DNA of 64,000 nt from Desulfobacterales bacterium (GTDB lineage Bacteria > Desulfobacterota > Desulfobacteria > Desulfobacterales > UBA2245): positions 496,001-560,000 of the forward strand of contig JAXGZF010000003.1 in the NCBI GenBank assembly GCA_040771865.1, in the 5' to 3' direction. Each line of letters starts with the position of its first letter. Positions within the stretch are counted from its first letter, which is position 1. This document shows, piece by piece, positions 8,925 through 19,642 of this stretch. Both the position numbers and the translations under genes were made by a program. The notes below the pieces were generated by a model that was not told where the DNA came from, searched no databases, and saw only the letters and a list, made by a program, of their open reading frames with translations.

Positions 8925-9637
8925 TACAGGTACAGAATGCGGATAATGCCGCTTTCCGCATGCTGCACCATTCGAATCAGCGAAAGTCTGGCCATTTCCA
9001 GAATGGCGAGAAATGTGACGATGATTTCATTTCTGTGCGTGGCCGGCGGAAACAGCTCTTCAAAGGTCATGGACCCTTTGGCTTCCAGAAGATCCACCAG
9101 TTGGGAAATCCGGTCGGTGACCGAGATGCGATCCTCGTTCAGATCAATGCGGTGCGCTGCGGACATGGAGTTGAGCAGCGTCTGGAATGCATCGATGAGC
9201 TCAAACAATCCGATCCGGATCAGGGGTTCGTTGGGTTCCGAATCGGTTTCCGGCCGCAAGTCGGGCCGCGTGAACACGTCTTCGTCCAGAAGGCTGCGGG
9301 TGTTGAGCTTTTCGGCCGCCTGCTTGAGCTGAATATACTCCAGCAAAGGACGGGCGATGTCCAAGCGGGGGTCTTCCCCTTCTTCCTCTCCCTCGCGGGG
9401 AGGCAGCAGCATGCGGGATTTGATGTGCGTCAGGGTGGACGCCATGGCCAGAAAATCTCCGGCATAGTCGATGTTCATGGCGTCCAGCCACTGAAGATAC
9501 TCCAGAAACTGTTCGGTGATCACGGCGATCGGTATATCGTATATGTCCACCTCGTTTTTTCGAATGAGGTGAAGCAGCAGGTCCATGGGACCCTCAAAAA
9601 TCTGTTCGATCCTGATTTCGTAGGTTTCCTGGGTCAT
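8924..9637 (-). CDS. scpA: Segregation and condensation protein A
   Basis: FEGPMDLLLHLI, IKSRMLLP, IVTFLAILEM. Confidence 0.96.
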   Translation of the reverse strand: MTQETYEIRIEQIFEGPMDLLLHLIRKNEVDIYDIPIAVITEQFLEYLQWLDAMNIDYAGDFLAMASTLTHIKSRMLLPPREGEEEGEDPRLDIARPLLEYIQLKQAAEKLNTRSLLDEDVFTRPDLRPETDSEPNEPLIRIGLFELIDAFQTLLNSMSAAHRIDLNEDRISVTDRISQLVDLLEAKGSMTFEELFPPATHRNEIIVTFLAILEMARLSLIRMVQHAESGIIRILYL

Positions 9638-9700
9638 GGATAATGGACCGGCTTTTTGTTTGCGGCGCCGCTGAAGATACGATTCAACGGGCGGCGTTCA

Positions 9701-9843
9701 CAGGCTCTTGAAAAACCGCGTTCGAGGCCGCCATTCCGCATTGCGCGGCTCTCGCCAATGCTCACATATGCTTGAATATGCCGCGCTTGTCGTATAGCCG
9801 CCCGCCTTGCCTGACGGCCTGATGCTTGTTTTTCAACACCCTG
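9701..9843 (-). mobile_element. MITE-like repeat, copy 2 (143 bp)
   Basis: Reverse-complement copy; flanks TTCA / TTAA; begins immediately after the trpS stop codon. Confidence 0.88.
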
Positions 9844-10830
9844 TTAAAGTTTGACGGCGGCCCGCACCTCCTCCATCGTTTGGCGGGCAACGGCGCGGGC
9901 TCTTTCGTTGCCTGCCATCATGATCTCGTCGACGAGCCGGGGCCGGTCCCGATAAAAGGCCTGCTTTTCACGAATGGGTTCGAGGGCTCGAATCAGATTT
10001 TCGGCCATGATTTTCTTGCACCCCACGCAACCGATTTCTGCGGCCCGGCATTGCCGGCTGATTCCGGCCACCGTATCCTTATCCGTATAGATCTTGTGAA
10101 ATTCAAACACATTGCATACATCCGGATCTCCGGGATCGGTTTTCCGCATCCGCTGAGGATCGGTGATCATCTGGGCGGCCTTGGCGGCGATCTCTTTCGG
10201 AGAATCGGACAGATAAATGGCGTTGTTGTAGCTTTTGCTCATTTTGCGGCGGTCCAGACCCAGTATTTTGGGCGTTTCGGTCAAAAGGGCCCGGGGTTCG
10301 GGAAATACCTCGCCATAGAGGAAGTTGAAACGCCGGGCGATTTCCCGGGTGATCTCGATATGGGGAACCTGGTCCATGCCGACCGGAACTCCGTAAGCTT
10401 TGTACATGATGATGTCGGCCGCCTGCAGCACCGGATATCCGAGAAATCCGAAGGTGGACAGATCCTTGTTGCTCAGCTGCACAATCTGGTCCTTGTAGGT
10501 GGGATTGCGTTCCAGCCAGGGAACCGGCGTGATCATGGAAAGCAGGAGGAAGAGTTCCGCATGCTCCTTGACCTGGGATTGAACGAAGAGCACGCTTTTT
10601 TCCGGGGAAAGCCCGCTGCTGAGCCAGTCGATCATCATGCCGCGAATGTGTCCGGAAATCGGTGCCGTATTTTCATAATCGCTGGTGATGGCATGCCAGT
10701 CGGCGATAAAAAAGAAGCATTCGTACTCATCCTGGAGCTGGACCCAGTTGGCCAGGGCGCCCAGGTAATTGCCCAGATGCAGAGGCCCGGTCGGCCGCAT
10801 TCCGCTTAAAATCCGTTTTCTGGTCGTCAT
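9844..10830 (-). CDS. trpS: Tryptophan--tRNA ligase
   Basis: SGMRPTGPLHLGN, YPVLQAADI, VPVGMDQ, KMSKS. Confidence 0.98.
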   Translation of the reverse strand: MTTRKRILSGMRPTGPLHLGNYLGALANWVQLQDEYECFFFIADWHAITSDYENTAPISGHIRGMMIDWLSSGLSPEKSVLFVQSQVKEHAELFLLLSMITPVPWLERNPTYKDQIVQLSNKDLSTFGFLGYPVLQAADIIMYKAYGVPVGMDQVPHIEITREIARRFNFLYGEVFPEPRALLTETPKILGLDRRKMSKSYNNAIYLSDSPKEIAAKAAQMITDPQRMRKTDPGDPDVCNVFEFHKIYTDKDTVAGISRQCRAAEIGCVGCKKIMAENLIRALEPIREKQAFYRDRPRLVDEIMMAGNERARAVARQTMEEVRAAVKL

Positions 10831-11015
10831 GAAAATTCTCCTCGTTTCGGCGCCGCAACGCGCGCATGTTTCGATTCAGGGCATCACTCTATAGCGTGAA
10901 ATGCGGCATATGCAAGTGAAATGTTCAATTTGTTCCACTTGAAAATCAGATGCCGGGAATTGAAAGAGGCGGGTGAAAAGCCCGATGGCGCCTGCGGGGC
11001 GGCGGTTTGAAAAGA

Positions 11016-13697
11016 TCAGGTTGTGAGATGCGAGATGTACTCACGCACAAAGTCAAGCTCGTCGTTGCGTGTTTTAAGCCGGCCGTTGAGCCTGGCGTTC
11101 AAAACAGCGTCCAGAATGGTTTTGAAGACAGGTCCGGGCTTGAGGCCGAGCTTGAGCAGATCCCGTCCCATGAGAGAAATTTTGACCCGGCGAAGATTGG
11201 TAAAGAAATGAGAAATGGATTTTTGTACGCTTTCGCTCGAGGTTGCCGCCATCATATACAGAATCAGTTCCGTCTTAAACCCCGTTAGTTTGTGATAAAG
11301 CCTGTCGTTGGTTTCCGGAAGGTTCCGTTCAAGCTGGTTCAGACGCCGGTCGGCCTCAAATCTTTCCTGGCACAGGATGCTGTGATAGCGGGGTGCCAGT
11401 TCGAGGCGGCGGCAGATTTCCTTCGAGACCTCAAAGCTGCAATTCTGAGTCAGAGCCATAAAATACACCAGCCATTTCATGCAGGGTTCGCTCAGAAACA
11501 GAAGATCGTACCAGGCGATAACCTTTTTGGCCGAATTGAGCGTGGCGATCAGGCCCGATGTCAGTTCGACGGTCGGATGGATCACCCTGAGCAGGTCGTA
11601 GTCGTTCAGCCGAATGATGGCCGGAACCGGATTGTCTTCTTCCAAAAGCTGGCGAAGCTCGGTGAAAACGCGTTTTCCGCTCAGGCGTTTGAAAAATTCC
11701 ATTTTGACCGAGTTTTTGATCAGACCGGCGGTGAGTTTCCCGATGTTGAATCCGAACCGCTGCTCGAAACGGATCGCCCGGAACACGCGGGTGGGATCTT
11801 CCACGAAGCTCAGGTTGTGCAGGACCCGTATGGACTTTTCCTTGATGTCTTTTTGCGCTGAAAAAAAATCGATCAATGTGCCGAATTGGCCGGGGCTGAG
11901 CCGGATGGCCAGGGTGTTGATGGTGAAATCCCTTCGAAACAGGTCCAGCTTGATGGAGCTCATTTCCACCGTGGGCAGGGCGGCCGGGAACTGATAGTAT
12001 TCCAGCCGGGCCGAGGCCACGTCGATCTTAAATCCGTCCGGAAGGACGAGAACGGCCGTGCCGAATTTTTCATAGGTGTGAATCCTGGCTCCATGCATGC
12101 GGGCGTAGTTTTTGGCAAATTCGATGCCGTCTCCCTCGATCACGATGTCCATATCCTCGTTGGGCCGAAACAGGAACAGATCCCGGACAAATCCCCCCAC
12201 CACGTAAGCCTCGTATCCGATCTCGCTGGAAACGGTTCCAATGCCTCTCAGAATGTCCAGCATGCGGCCGGAAAGGCGTTCTTCCATGAACTTCGTGATG
12301 TTTCGAGTGCGGGCATGAAGCGACTCCTTGAGCGGGTCGGGAGAATCCAGGGATGAGTGATGGTTTTTTCGGACCAGCAGGTTGAGAAGATCTGTCCGGG
12401 TTATCACGCCGACAATGCGGTTCCGGTCGACCACCGGCAGAATCCGCTGCTTGTTTTCGATGATCTTGTCCTGAATTTCGTTCAGGACCGATTCCGGCCG
12501 AACCGAGGCAACTTCCGTGTTCATGTATTCCTCGACCGGCACGTTGTCGAGCTTGTGAAACAGGGCTTTTTCAATCACCTGCCGGGAGATGTACCCGCAC
12601 AGTTTTTCTTCCGATCCGGTTTTCCGGGTAACCAGAAGCGCGTTGATGTTGTAGCGGACAAGGAGATCCTGTGCCGCCCTGCATGAAACCTGTGCATCCA
12701 CCGTGATGGGAGGCGAAGACATGATGTCCTGGGCCTGTCTGCGGGAATGCACCATTTTATAAAGAATGTCGATCAGTTCATGCTCGACCTGAGTCAGGGT
12801 CCGGTCTTTCACCGTGGCCGCGGCCGCGTAGGGATGCCCCCCGCCGCCCAGCGCCGATAATACCGCCCCCACGTCGACCTCGGGGATTCGGCTTCGGGCC
12901 GTCACATAGATTTTATTGCCCATCTGCGCGATGGCAAAAATAGCGTCCAGGTTTTCAATTTTAACCATCTTGTGGACCAGAAGGGCGAAGTCCGGCACAT
13001 AGGCTTCCGTAACCACGCTGGTGATCAGCACCTCCAGCCCGTTGACGCGATAGCGGGTGCTGGCCTGCAGCATGTCGTTGAGAAGGGAGACCTGCTCGGA
13101 ATTCAATTCTCTGGCGATCAGGTTGGAAACGATGTTCAGATTGGCGCCCCGGGACAGCAGAAAAGCGGCGGCGGTAAAATCCTCGGGGGTTGTGGACGCA
13201 TAATTAAAGGAGCCCGTGTCCTCATAAATGCCCAGGCACATGACGGTCGCTTCTTCCGCGGTGATGGAGATCTTTTTTTCCCGAATCAGATCGGTCAGAA
13301 TGGTGACGGTTGCGCCGGTGAGCCGGTGCACCTGAGCATGGCCGGTAATGTCGTCGCTCATGTCGGGATGGTGGTCATAAATGTGAATTTCCACATCCGG
13401 ACGATCCAGCAGGGATGCAAACACGCCGATACGGCTCGGCTGCCGGGTGTCGACCAGAACCAGCCTTTTGATTTTTGAAAAATCGATTTCCTTGATGTCG
13501 GCCATGTTGAACATGTAGGCCATGGACTGAATGAAAAAATCCCGAATGTTTTTTTCCTGCGATCCCGGAAAAACGACAAGCGAACCCGGATAAAGCTTTT
13601 GCGCGGCAAGCATGGATGCGACGGCGTCAAAATCGGCGTTGATATGCGAGGTGATGATCGTAAGCTCTTTTTGCGGATCATTCGTGTTTGTTGCCAT
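11016..13697 (-). CDS. DHH-DHHA1-CBS-nucleotidyltransferase (likely A-adding tRNA nucleotidyltransferase)
   Basis: SHINADFD, YDHH, GGGHPYAA, CBS pair, VGGFVRD, DMDIV, DLFRRDFTIN, EDPTRVFRAIRF. Confidence 0.9.
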   Translation of the reverse strand: MATNTNDPQKELTIITSHINADFDAVASMLAAQKLYPGSLVVFPGSQEKNIRDFFIQSMAYMFNMADIKEIDFSKIKRLVLVDTRQPSRIGVFASLLDRPDVEIHIYDHHPDMSDDITGHAQVHRLTGATVTILTDLIREKKISITAEEATVMCLGIYEDTGSFNYASTTPEDFTAAAFLLSRGANLNIVSNLIARELNSEQVSLLNDMLQASTRYRVNGLEVLITSVVTEAYVPDFALLVHKMVKIENLDAIFAIAQMGNKIYVTARSRIPEVDVGAVLSALGGGGHPYAAAATVKDRTLTQVEHELIDILYKMVHSRRQAQDIMSSPPITVDAQVSCRAAQDLLVRYNINALLVTRKTGSEEKLCGYISRQVIEKALFHKLDNVPVEEYMNTEVASVRPESVLNEIQDKIIENKQRILPVVDRNRIVGVITRTDLLNLLVRKNHHSSLDSPDPLKESLHARTRNITKFMEERLSGRMLDILRGIGTVSSEIGYEAYVVGGFVRDLFLFRPNEDMDIVIEGDGIEFAKNYARMHGARIHTYEKFGTAVLVLPDGFKIDVASARLEYYQFPAALPTVEMSSIKLDLFRRDFTINTLAIRLSPGQFGTLIDFFSAQKDIKEKSIRVLHNLSFVEDPTRVFRAIRFEQRFGFNIGKLTAGLIKNSVKMEFFKRLSGKRVFTELRQLLEEDNPVPAIIRLNDYDLLRVIHPTVELTSGLIATLNSAKKVIAWYDLLFLSEPCMKWLVYFMALTQNCSFEVSKEICRRLELAPRYHSILCQERFEADRRLNQLERNLPETNDRLYHKLTGFKTELILYMMAATSSESVQKSISHFFTNLRRVKISLMGRDLLKLGLKPGPVFKTILDAVLNARLNGRLKTRNDELDFVREYISHLTT

Positions 13698-14165
13698 ATT
13701 TGTCCGGACGCTTTCGGTGATTTTTAACAGGACCCGGCCGCGCCGCGCGTCATTTTAATTCTTGAATGGCCTGGAATTCTTTTGCCGGGTTCGGTTTTGC
13801 GCATCCGTTTTATGAATCATGAATGCGCCCGCATGAAAAATTTTCAAAACATTCGCACAGCTGAAGGCTTTAATCAAGCCGAAGTTTCAAGAACTTTCCG
13901 GGCCGGTTTATTTGCTTTTACTTCAATATTTTTTCGCATTTTTCAGCGTCGCGGGTCTTAAGTATTGTAAAAACGCAAAGTTTATTGAAGTATGCCTTAA
14001 TCTGTGTTACATAAAGGACTAATTTTTTTATCTGAAAATCCGTTATTGCGCGGCGTGCCGCAAATGTAGCGCGCTGAATAAAAATCCGTTGAGTACCACA
14101 TGCTATCAATATCAGTTTCATGGTTGCACTTTCGTTTTTTTTCGAAACAACAAAGGGAGTAACGC

Positions 14166-15374
14166 ATGCCGATATATTTGTGGGAAGGAAAAAATCAAAA
14201 AAACAAAACCCAGCGTGGAGAAATCGATGCGCCTACCGAGGAGGCGGTTCTGTTTCAGCTGAACCGCCTTCGAATAACGCCGACCAAAGTCAAGCCAAAG
14301 CCCAAGGACCTGTTTGAGAATGTCGCCTTTTTGCAGCCAAAGGTCACCGAGCGGGATGTCATTCTTTTTTGCAGGCAGTTTTCCACCATGATTGATGCGG
14401 GTCTTCCCATCATTCAGTGTCTGGAAATCCTGTATTCTCAGCAGGAAAACAAAACCTTCAAAAAAATGCTCAAGTCTATCAAAGAGGCGGTCGAGGGCGG
14501 CGAGACCCTTGCCGGCGCTCTAAAAAAATATCCCAATACGTTTGATGCGCTGTTTGTCAACATGATTGCCGCCGGAGAGGCGGGCGGCATACTGGATACC
14601 ATTCTCAAAAGGCTTTCCAGCTATATGGAAAAGGCCGCCAAGCTCAAAAGCCAGGTCAAGGGCGCCATGGTGTATCCGACCGTGGTCCTCTGTATCGCCA
14701 TTCTGGTACTGGCTGTCATCCTGCTGTTTGTTATTCCGGTATTTCAAAAGATGTTCGCCGAAATGGGACAGGGGCTGCCGGTCGTCACCGAGATGGTGAT
14801 CAAATTGAGCGATTTTTTCAAAAGCAAGATCTTGTATATCATCGGCGCTCTGGTGATTTTCATATTTGCCTTCAAGAAATTTTACAGCACCGAGAAGGGG
14901 AGAGAGGCTGTCGACGATATGGTCTTGAAACTACCGGTATTCGGTATTCTGATCCGCAAGGTCGCAGTGGCCAAGTTTACCCGGACCATGGGAACCATGC
15001 TGTCCAGCGGCGTGGCGATTCTTGAAGCGCTTGACATTGTGGCGAGGACCGCCGGAAACAAGACCGTTGAAAAAGCGGTCTACTATACCCGTTCAGGCAT
15101 CGCCGAGGGCCGGGGTATGGCGGAAACGCTTCAGGAAAGCGGCGTTTTTCCCTCCATGGTGTGCCAGATGATCGGCGTGGGAGAGTCGACGGGCGCCCTG
15201 GACGCCATGCTGGATAAAATCGCTGATTTTTATGATGACGAGGTGGACCAGGCGGTTGAGAACCTGACCGCATTGATCGAACCGTTTATGCTGGTTTTTC
15301 TGGGCGTGGTTATCGGCGGGCTGGTCATTGCCATGTATCTGCCGATTTTCAGCATCGCCGGAGCGGTCGGTTAA
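14166..15374 (+). CDS. pilC: Type IV pilus inner-membrane platform protein (T2SS F family)
   Basis: RQFSTMIDAGLP, AGEAGGILD, GAMVYP, VGESTGALD, AMYLPIF. Confidence 0.95.
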   Translation: MPIYLWEGKNQKNKTQRGEIDAPTEEAVLFQLNRLRITPTKVKPKPKDLFENVAFLQPKVTERDVILFCRQFSTMIDAGLPIIQCLEILYSQQENKTFKKMLKSIKEAVEGGETLAGALKKYPNTFDALFVNMIAAGEAGGILDTILKRLSSYMEKAAKLKSQVKGAMVYPTVVLCIAILVLAVILLFVIPVFQKMFAEMGQGLPVVTEMVIKLSDFFKSKILYIIGALVIFIFAFKKFYSTEKGREAVDDMVLKLPVFGILIRKVAVAKFTRTMGTMLSSGVAILEALDIVARTAGNKTVEKAVYYTRSGIAEGRGMAETLQESGVFPSMVCQMIGVGESTGALDAMLDKIADFYDDEVDQAVENLTALIEPFMLVFLGVVIGGLVIAMYLPIFSIAGAVG

Positions 15375-15415
15375 ACACCGATTTGACTTTAAAAATCGAT
15401 TTTGATTGACTTCAT

Positions 15416-16708
15416 ATGAATGGAGCCGCCATTAACGCCGAAAGCCATTTGAGCAACAAGCTCAAATGGCTGACGCTTTTTAGAATCCTGTTTGTCATCA
15501 TTCTGCTGGTTTCCATTGTGGTCGCGCAGGTCGGACAGAGCCCTTCGACCCCCGCAGGCCTGCTTTTGCTTGTTTACGGCATCACCGCAGCCATCTTTGT
15601 CATTTCCGTCGCCTATGCCTTTATTCTCGGGCGGTTGAAGCAGACGGACATTTTTGCCTGCATCCAGCTGGCCGTCGACACCCTGATCGCCTCATTCATG
15701 GTCTTTATGACGGGCGGTTTTCCCAGCCCCCTGACCTTTCTGTATCTGCTGGTCATCGTCTATTCCAGCATGATCCTTTTTCGCAAAGGAAGCCTGATCG
15801 TTGCCGCGCTTTGCAGCATCGAGTATGCGGTTATCGCCGGCGGGCAGTATTACGGCTGGCTTCATCCATTCGGCTTTTCGGACACGCTGTCGACTCCGGG
15901 CGCTCATGTGCTGTACAATGTGGTGATGATTACGGCCGCATGCTTTTCGGTGGCATTTTTAAGCAGCATGCTGGCCGAGCAGGAAAAACGGGCTCGAAAC
16001 GAACTGGTCTCACTGGAAGACCACCTCAAGCGGGTTGAGAAACTGGCCGCCGTCGGAGAGATGGCTTCGGGCTTGGCCCATGAGATCAAAAATCCTCTGG
16101 CTTCTCTGACCGGCTCCATCCAGTTGATGTACGAAGAGCTTCCATGCCATCCGGATCACGAGAAGCTGATGCAGATAGTTTTAAGAGAAGCCGATCGGCT
16201 CAGCGCTCTGGTGACCAATTTTCTCCTGTTCGCCAGGCCTCCGGCGGGCAAGCCCAAGGAGGTTCATTTAAGCGCGGCGTTGGATGAAATTCTGGATTTG
16301 TTTGAAAAGGATGCCGCGGGTTTACGAGAGATTACCATCAGGCGGGATCTGGATACGGGGTTATGGACCAGGATGGATCCGATGCATTTGCATCAGGTTG
16401 TCTGGAATCTGGCGCTCAATGCCGCAGAGGCCGTTGACGGACCGGGCGAAGTTACGGTTCGTTTGTATTCGGTTAAACCGGATAAGGCCTGCATTGAGAT
16501 TCAGGATGCCGGCGCTGGCATTCCGCCTGAAATTCTGCCTTCGATTTTCGATCCTTTTTTTACGACCAAGCCGCGCGGAACCGGGCTGGGGCTGTCCATC
16601 GTGCACAGTATTCTGGAATCATACGACAGCTGGCTTTCCGTTCAGAGTCGTCCCGAATCAGGAACCACGGTTCGATTTCTGCTTCCTCGCATTTCGCCTC
16701 CAACTTAG
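15416..16708 (+). CDS. Membrane sensor histidine kinase, PilS-like
   Basis: About six TM helices, LAHEIKNPLASL, WNLALNA, DAGAGI, FDPFFTTKPRGTGLGL; follows pilC. Confidence 0.85.
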   Translation: MNGAAINAESHLSNKLKWLTLFRILFVIILLVSIVVAQVGQSPSTPAGLLLLVYGITAAIFVISVAYAFILGRLKQTDIFACIQLAVDTLIASFMVFMTGGFPSPLTFLYLLVIVYSSMILFRKGSLIVAALCSIEYAVIAGGQYYGWLHPFGFSDTLSTPGAHVLYNVVMITAACFSVAFLSSMLAEQEKRARNELVSLEDHLKRVEKLAAVGEMASGLAHEIKNPLASLTGSIQLMYEELPCHPDHEKLMQIVLREADRLSALVTNFLLFARPPAGKPKEVHLSAALDEILDLFEKDAAGLREITIRRDLDTGLWTRMDPMHLHQVVWNLALNAAEAVDGPGEVTVRLYSVKPDKACIEIQDAGAGIPPEILPSIFDPFFTTKPRGTGLGLSIVHSILESYDSWLSVQSRPESGTTVRFLLPRISPPT

Positions 16709-16894
16709 TCTTGACACCTTTGGGCAAAATAGGTTAGCAAATCGAAACGATTTGTAAGGGAATAGTACAACTTATTGAAACAACAAGGGATCAATCCCGG
16801 GTTGGTTTGCTTTTCGGCATCGGAGCCGTATTTTGTTGCCGGAAGCCGGGTCAACCGTTGATACGCAGATAAAGTTAGAACAGGCAGGTATTGG

Positions 16895-18382
16895 ATGAGC
16901 ATGGAAAGTCCCGGCGAACTTCTGGAGCGCCGACAACAAAAAATGGTGGATTTGAAAAACAGCGGCATCAATCTGTATCCGAATGATTTCTGTGTGTCCC
17001 ACACGATCGCGGAAATTCGAACGCTGATCGAAACCGGGGGAAATGCCGCGGAAAAAAACGAGGCGCAACTGTGTGCGGCAGGACGCATGATGGCCGTGAA
17101 CCGGTTCGGAAAGGCCGCTTTTGTGCGGTTTCGGGATCGTACCGGTCAGCTGCAGGCCTATATTCGAAAAGACCAGATCGGCGAGGAAGCCTATGCGGTT
17201 TTCAGACAGCTGGATGTAGGCGATTTTGCGGGATTTACCGGAAACATGTTTCAGACCCACACCGGAGAATGGACGCTTCTGGTCAAGGAATTCAGGCTGC
17301 TGAGCAAAACGGTTCGAACGCTGCCCGAAAAATTCCATGGCCTGAAGGACCCTGAAAAACGGTATCGGCAGCGTTATCTGGATTTAATCATGAACGCGGA
17401 GGTCCGGGAGATTTTTCTCCGGCGTGCGCGAATCATTCAGGCGATTCGAAGCTTTCTGCTGGATCGGGATTTCATGGAGGTGGAAACCCCGATGATGCAG
17501 CCCATTCCCGGCGGGGCGGAGGCCACGCCGTTTAAGACGCATCACAAGGCTCTGGATATGGAGCTTTATCTGAGAATCGCTCCGGAACTTTATCTGAAGC
17601 GATTGGTGGTGGGCGGATTTGAGCGGGTGTTTGAAATCAACCGCAATTTCCGGAATGAGGGAATTTCCACACAGCATAATCCGGAATTCACCATGCTGGA
17701 ATTCTATCAGGCCTATGCCACTTATCGGGAATTGATGACGCTGACCGAAGAGATGTTCCGCTGCGTAGCGCTTCAGACGACCGGTTCCGAAACGATCACG
17801 TATCAGGGTCATGTCATCGATTTCGGAACATCCTGGCGCCGAATCCCGTTGCTGACCGCCTTGCAGGAAATCGGCGGCATCGACAGTTCCCTCCTGGGAG
17901 ACCGTGAGGCCCTGCTGAGGTTCGCCGCGGAAAAAGGAATCAAAATCAACAAGACCGGGCGCCTGGGCAAGGTGATTACCAAGCTGTTCGATGTTCTGGT
18001 CGAGCCGAAGCTGATTCAACCGACTTTTGTCACCGGATATCCGGTCGAGGTATCTCCGCTTTCCCGGCGAAGCGATACAGAACCCGAACTGACCGAGCGT
18101 TTTGAGCTGTTTATCGCGGGCCGTGAGATCGCCAACGGATTCTCAGAACTCAATGATCCGGAAGACCAGCTTGCGCGTTTTACCCAGCAGGTGGCGGATC
18201 GGGATGCCGGAGACGATGAGGCGCATTTTATGGACAGGGATTATATTGAGGCCCTGGAGTACGGCATGCCGCCGACGGCCGGCGAGGGAATCGGCATCGA
18301 CCGGCTGGTCATGCTTCTGACGGATGCGGCTTCCATACGAGAGGTGATTCTTTTTCCGCACATGAAGCCCGCGGCGGGATGA
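16895..18382 (+). CDS. lysS: Lysine--tRNA ligase (class II)
   Basis: YRQRYLDL, LRIAPELYLKRL, FRNEG, YGMPPTAGEGIGIDRL. Confidence 0.98.
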   Translation: MSMESPGELLERRQQKMVDLKNSGINLYPNDFCVSHTIAEIRTLIETGGNAAEKNEAQLCAAGRMMAVNRFGKAAFVRFRDRTGQLQAYIRKDQIGEEAYAVFRQLDVGDFAGFTGNMFQTHTGEWTLLVKEFRLLSKTVRTLPEKFHGLKDPEKRYRQRYLDLIMNAEVREIFLRRARIIQAIRSFLLDRDFMEVETPMMQPIPGGAEATPFKTHHKALDMELYLRIAPELYLKRLVVGGFERVFEINRNFRNEGISTQHNPEFTMLEFYQAYATYRELMTLTEEMFRCVALQTTGSETITYQGHVIDFGTSWRRIPLLTALQEIGGIDSSLLGDREALLRFAAEKGIKINKTGRLGKVITKLFDVLVEPKLIQPTFVTGYPVEVSPLSRRSDTEPELTERFELFIAGREIANGFSELNDPEDQLARFTQQVADRDAGDDEAHFMDRDYIEALEYGMPPTAGEGIGIDRLVMLLTDAASIREVILFPHMKPAAG

Positions 18383-18430
18383 GCCATTGAATCCTTTGCC
18401 TTTTCAGACCGGGAATGCTATAGGCCATAA

Positions 18431-19642
18431 ATGTATTTTGAATGGTTCATAGGCGTCCGATATCTCAGGGCCAGGCAGAAACACGCATTTATATCGCTGA
18501 TCAATGTGCTTTCCATTGCGGGAGTGGCCGTGGGCGTGATGGCGCTGATTGTGGTGATTGCCGTCATGGCCGGATTTGAGGAAGACTTGAAATCCCGTAT
18601 TCTGGCCGTGGAGTCCCACGTGATTCTGACCCCGAGCCAGGGCGCACTGCACGAATACCTTTCGGCGCTGCGGCGGGTTGAGGCGGTGGCAGGTGTGGAG
18701 GCGGCCACTCCCTACGTCAAGACACAGGTCATGATCCGGTCGGCGTCGGGCGCTTCGGGAGGCATTGTACGGGGCGTGGATCCTGAATCGGCCCAGCGGG
18801 TGATTCTGAAACTGGATGCAGCCGCGCTTGCCGTCGGCGTCAGCGCCAATGGGCCGCCGATTGTTCTGGGCAGGGAGCTTGCAAAGCATCTCGGCGTCCA
18901 GCAGGGGGATCCGGTATATGTGATTTCCCCGAGGGGCATGATATCGCCCGTCGGTTATGTGCCTTCCATGAAAAGATTTGAGGTGACCGGTATTTTTGAG
19001 TCCGGAATGTATGAATACGACGGGAGCCTGGCGTTTGTCCGGATAGAGGATGCCCAGGCGATGCTGCGCATGTCCGATGCCGTGACCGGAATCGAGATCC
19101 GCGTGAACAATATCTATCACGCCAAAGCCGTTGCTCAGTCTCTGGAGGAAAAACTGGGTTCCGGTTATCGTTTGCTGGACTGGATGCAGATGAACCGGAA
19201 TCTTTTTTCAGCTCTCAAGCTGGAAAAAACAGCCATGTTTGTCATCCTGACGCTGATTGTTCTAGTGGCGGCGTTTAATATCGCCAGCGCCCTGATTATG
19301 ATGGTGATGGAAAAAACAAAGGATATCGCCATATTAAAAGCCATGGGCGCGACGAATCGGAGCATCAGGAAAATTTTTGTGCTCAAAGGATTGGCCGTTG
19401 GCGTTCTGGGAACGGGACTGGGGGTTTGCCTTGGAATGATCCTGTGTTTCATTCTGAAGACCTATCCGATCATTCAGCTTCCTGAACAGGTTTTTTACGT
19501 AACGACCGTGCCGGTGCAGCTTGAGGCGCTGGACGTTTTCTGGATCGCGGCCGCCGCGGTGGGAATTTGTTTTCTTTCCACCCTTCACCCTGCAGGCCAG
19601 GCCGCCAAACTGGACCCGGTCCAGGCAATACGGTATGGATAA
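18431..19642 (+). CDS. lolC: Lipoprotein-releasing ABC transporter permease (LolC/E family)
   Basis: [39 protein letters not shown]; followed by lolD. Confidence 0.9.
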   Translation: MYFEWFIGVRYLRARQKHAFISLINVLSIAGVAVGVMALIVVIAVMAGFEEDLKSRILAVESHVILTPSQGALHEYLSALRRVEAVAGVEAATPYVKTQVMIRSASGASGGIVRGVDPESAQRVILKLDAAALAVGVSANGPPIVLGRELAKHLGVQQGDPVYVISPRGMISPVGYVPSMKRFEVTGIFESGMYEYDGSLAFVRIEDAQAMLRMSDAVTGIEIRVNNIYHAKAVAQSLEEKLGSGYRLLDWMQMNRNLFSALKLEKTAMFVILTLIVLVAAFNIASALIMMVMEKTKDIAILKAMGATNRSIRKIFVLKGLAVGVLGTGLGVCLGMILCFILKTYPIIQLPEQVFYVTTVPVQLEALDVFWIAAAAVGICFLSTLHPAGQAAKLDPVQAIRYG

